From an uncultured Candidatus Micrarchaeota archaeon (GTDB taxonomy: Archaea; Micrarchaeota; Micrarchaeia; Anstonellales; Bilamarchaeaceae): a stretch of 64,000 nucleotides of DNA. The stretch is taken from contig CAILMQ010000032.1 in the NCBI GenBank assembly GCA_903835385.1, positions 5,976 to 69,975 on the forward strand, in the 5' to 3' direction. The position numbers and the translations under genes are program-made. The notes below the pieces were generated by a model. It had not been told where the DNA came from. It worked only from the letters and a program-made list of their open reading frames with translations, and searched no databases. Within the stretch, counting starts at the first letter, position 1; each line of letters starts with the position of its first letter. Shown piece after piece: positions 61,807 to 64,000 of the stretch.

Positions 61807-63420
61807 ATGGCGATGGCAGGAGGAAAAGGCGCTGGGTTCTCGGATATCCGGGCAGCGCTCCTCAGAGGGAACGCTGGTGCAACCGGGCCTGCCCAGGCAG
61901 CAAGGCCGCCGGCTAAATCAGCTGCGCCGTTCAAGGCACAGCCAGACGCGCATGCGCCTGTTGCGCCGCCGGTTCCGGTTCAGCAGCCAACCGCCCCTCA
62001 AGCTCAGGCTGGTCCGGCTGTCGCGTCGCCGGCTCCAACCAATGCCCGGGTGACAGTAAACGCTCCCATAAACCCGAACAAATCATTCGTCGTGTTTTCA
62101 GAAATCGGGGCGGACGGCTCGGCATTCGCGGAAATCGAGGTGCATGGGGAAGACTATGCAAGAGGCGACTCCGTCATCAAAATAGGCAAGTTCGCGAGTT
62201 CGCATGTCCACATCGATGACCCGTCAGTTTCCAGGATGCATGCGGTGATAGAACTATCCGAGAATGATTACAAGATAATTGACCTTGGTTCCACCCGAGG
62301 CACTTTTATCAATGGAGAGAGAGTCACCAAAGGGCCGCTTAAGGAAGGCGACACGTTGAAATTCGGGGATGTGGAATTGAAGGTGACGAGGATAGCATAC
62401 GACTCCGGTGAGCGGACTCCGGAGCCTGCACCTGTCCCTGTTCGAGCGCCAGTTCCAATGGCCATACTGCCGCCTCAGGCCCAAGCCCAGCCGCCGGCGG
62501 ATGGTGCGCCGGGTCCAGCCAAAGCGCAATCAGGCCAGCGTGCAGCCGCTCCTCTAAATGCCAACAGAGTCTTGATCGTGCTTTCCGAAGTGGTGCCCGA
62601 GGGTTCGGCAGGCCGGATGTTCGCAGGGTCCAAGGAATTGGATTCACAAGGCCGTGCAGCCATCATGATAGGCACGCTCGAGGGTTCGGATGTCCGCGTT
62701 GATGCCGAAACGGTTTCCAGGAAGCATGCGGTAATAAACGCGTCAGCGGACGGTTGCGAGATAGTTGACCTTGGCGCACAGCACGGCACTTTTGTCAATG
62801 GAGAGAGAATCGCCAAATGCTGGCTTGACGAAGACGACACCATAGCACTCGGGGATGTTAAATTGAAAGTGACGCGGATGATGCGCGCCGCTGCGCCAAT
62901 CGCGAAGCTGGTGCAGACGTCCGCCGAACAGCAGTTACTGCTGCATGCAGCCCTTGACAGGGAGCTTCAGGTGAAATCATCTCTTGACGCCGCGGACAGG
63001 CAGGTGAAGAGAGCACGCACCGCTGTTTTGATAAGTTTCGCTCTTTGCCTTGCAACCGACGTCGCAGGCGGAATCGTCTGCTACAGGATGCATAAAATAA
63101 ACAAGGCCTATGCCGAGCATGATGCCGTGACGGAAAGGTGGGCGGACTACTACTTCAGGCAATGCAGGCCCGGGAGCAAGGTGCCCGGATGCGCAAACGA
63201 GATGATGAGGAACCCGAAATTCGAAAGCGGCGAGGAATACGAGCTTGCCGGAAAATACGCCATCGCAGGGGTGGCGTACGCCCTGCGCGGAAATGTGCTG
63301 GATGCCAACAGGATGAAGAACAAATGCATGGAAAGGCACGACCTTGCAGGCGCGCAAAGAATCGCGGACACGGTCATGGACATTGCCGAAGCGCTCCATA
63401 AGTCCGTGCCGGCCAAATAA
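61807..63420 (+). CDS. paralogous membrane protein: same N-module, two FHA domains, TM helix, same C-domain
   Basis: FHA1 IKIGKFASSHVHIDDPSVSRMHAVIEL...GSTRGTFINGERV. FHA2 IMIGTLEGSDVRVDAETVSRKHAVINA...GAQHGTFVNGERI. C-domain FRQCRPGS...KC. Confidence 0.8.
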   Translation: MAMAGGKGAGFSDIRAALLRGNAGATGPAQAARPPAKSAAPFKAQPDAHAPVAPPVPVQQPTAPQAQAGPAVASPAPTNARVTVNAPINPNKSFVVFSEIGADGSAFAEIEVHGEDYARGDSVIKIGKFASSHVHIDDPSVSRMHAVIELSENDYKIIDLGSTRGTFINGERVTKGPLKEGDTLKFGDVELKVTRIAYDSGERTPEPAPVPVRAPVPMAILPPQAQAQPPADGAPGPAKAQSGQRAAAPLNANRVLIVLSEVVPEGSAGRMFAGSKELDSQGRAAIMIGTLEGSDVRVDAETVSRKHAVINASADGCEIVDLGAQHGTFVNGERIAKCWLDEDDTIALGDVKLKVTRMMRAAAPIAKLVQTSAEQQLLLHAALDRELQVKSSLDAADRQVKRARTAVLISFALCLATDVAGGIVCYRMHKINKAYAEHDAVTERWADYYFRQCRPGSKVPGCANEMMRNPKFESGEEYELAGKYAIAGVAYALRGNVLDANRMKNKCMERHDLAGAQRIADTVMDIAEALHKSVPAK

Positions 63421-63449
63421 AAGCCGTAATTTCTTAACTGGGAAGGGGC

Positions 63450-64000
63450 ATGAAGATGGCAGACGGAAAAGGCACCAGATTTGCGGACATCAGGAAGGCA
63501 CTCCTTAAGGGAGGCACTGGTGCACCAATGCCGGCCCAGGCAGCAAGGCCGCCGGAAAAGGCAGTGGAACCGTTCAAACCACAGCCAGACCCGCATGCTG
63601 CTGCTCTGGTTCAGCCGGCAACCCCAACGAAAAGAGCGGCGCCGGTCGCCAGGCCGCAGGCGCCTAAAGTTGAAATGGTTCAGCCTCCAGCTCAGGAGCC
63701 AACCACTGCTCAGGAAATGACCCAAAAGCTGGAATATGAACTCGATTGTCAACTTCTGAAAGCTTCTGTAGAAAACGACCTCGATGCCGCGATGCGGGCG
63801 CTCGAAAATGGAGCGGATGTTAATGTTAGAAATGTTCATGACCGGACCCCGCTGATGGTGGCTGCTAAGAAGGGTCACACGAAAATTGCAGAGCTGCTGG
63901 TTGCGAAAGGCGCTGATGTCAATGCGAAAGATGAAGATGGCAGGACTGCGCTGGAGCTGGCGAAACGGAGCAATCGAAAAAATCGAAAAGAGATTGTGGC
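63450..64000 (+). CDS. third array member (partial, runs off the window): same N-module fused to ankyrin repeats
   Basis: MKMADGKGTRFADIRKALLKGGTGA...PFKPQPDPHA, then LLKASVENDLDAAMRALENGADVNVRNVHDRTPLMVAAKKGHTKIAELLVAKGADVNAKDEDGRTAL. No stop before the window end. Confidence 0.75.
   Translation, partial: MKMADGKGTRFADIRKALLKGGTGAPMPAQAARPPEKAVEPFKPQPDPHAAALVQPATPTKRAAPVARPQAPKVEMVQPPAQEPTTAQEMTQKLEYELDCQLLKASVENDLDAAMRALENGADVNVRNVHDRTPLMVAAKKGHTKIAELLVAKGADVNAKDEDGRTALELAKRSNRKNRKEIV

Overview
High-GC archaeal chromosomal segment, densely coded on both strands. The content is mainly housekeeping. Translation and RNA processing: S15, S3Ae, NAC, AlaRS, GlyRS, CysRS, Csl4, Rpo11, RtcA, archease, ThpR, RNase HII and EndA. 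Replication and proteolysis: PolD small subunit, LonB, PmbA/TldD-family protease and signal peptidase. Folate, nucleotide and lipid metabolism: FolC, FolD, PurN, ThyX-like, Prs, HMG-CoA synthase and a geranylgeranyl reductase with its ferredoxin. The remainder is many secreted or membrane-anchored hypothetical proteins and one fused type IIG restriction-modification enzyme. RNA genes: an SRP (7S) RNA and four tRNA genes that together carry eight bulge-helix-bulge (BHB) introns, seven of them at non-canonical positions (D-arm, D-loop, variable loop, T-loop). A long multi-unit tRNA-splicing endonuclease is encoded in the same window. This combination suggests, by inference only, an ultrasmall DPANN or Micrarchaeota-like archaeon. 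Most notable findings: (1) rnhB is interrupted by a 21-nt insertion carrying an in-frame TGA, and this insertion folds into a textbook BHB motif whose rule-based excision restores the conserved GIDEAGRG-x-VIGPLVV motif, so it is a candidate protein-gene intron. (2) A tandem array of three genes at the right edge shares a novel ~50-aa N-terminal module fused to FHA or ankyrin domains. (3) rps15 and lon have conserved N-termini that can only be reached from ATA and CTG codons, each sitting 4 nt after GGTGA. (4) Several families of structured intergenic repeats flank the RNA genes. No CRISPR array, rRNA, transposase or integrase was seen.
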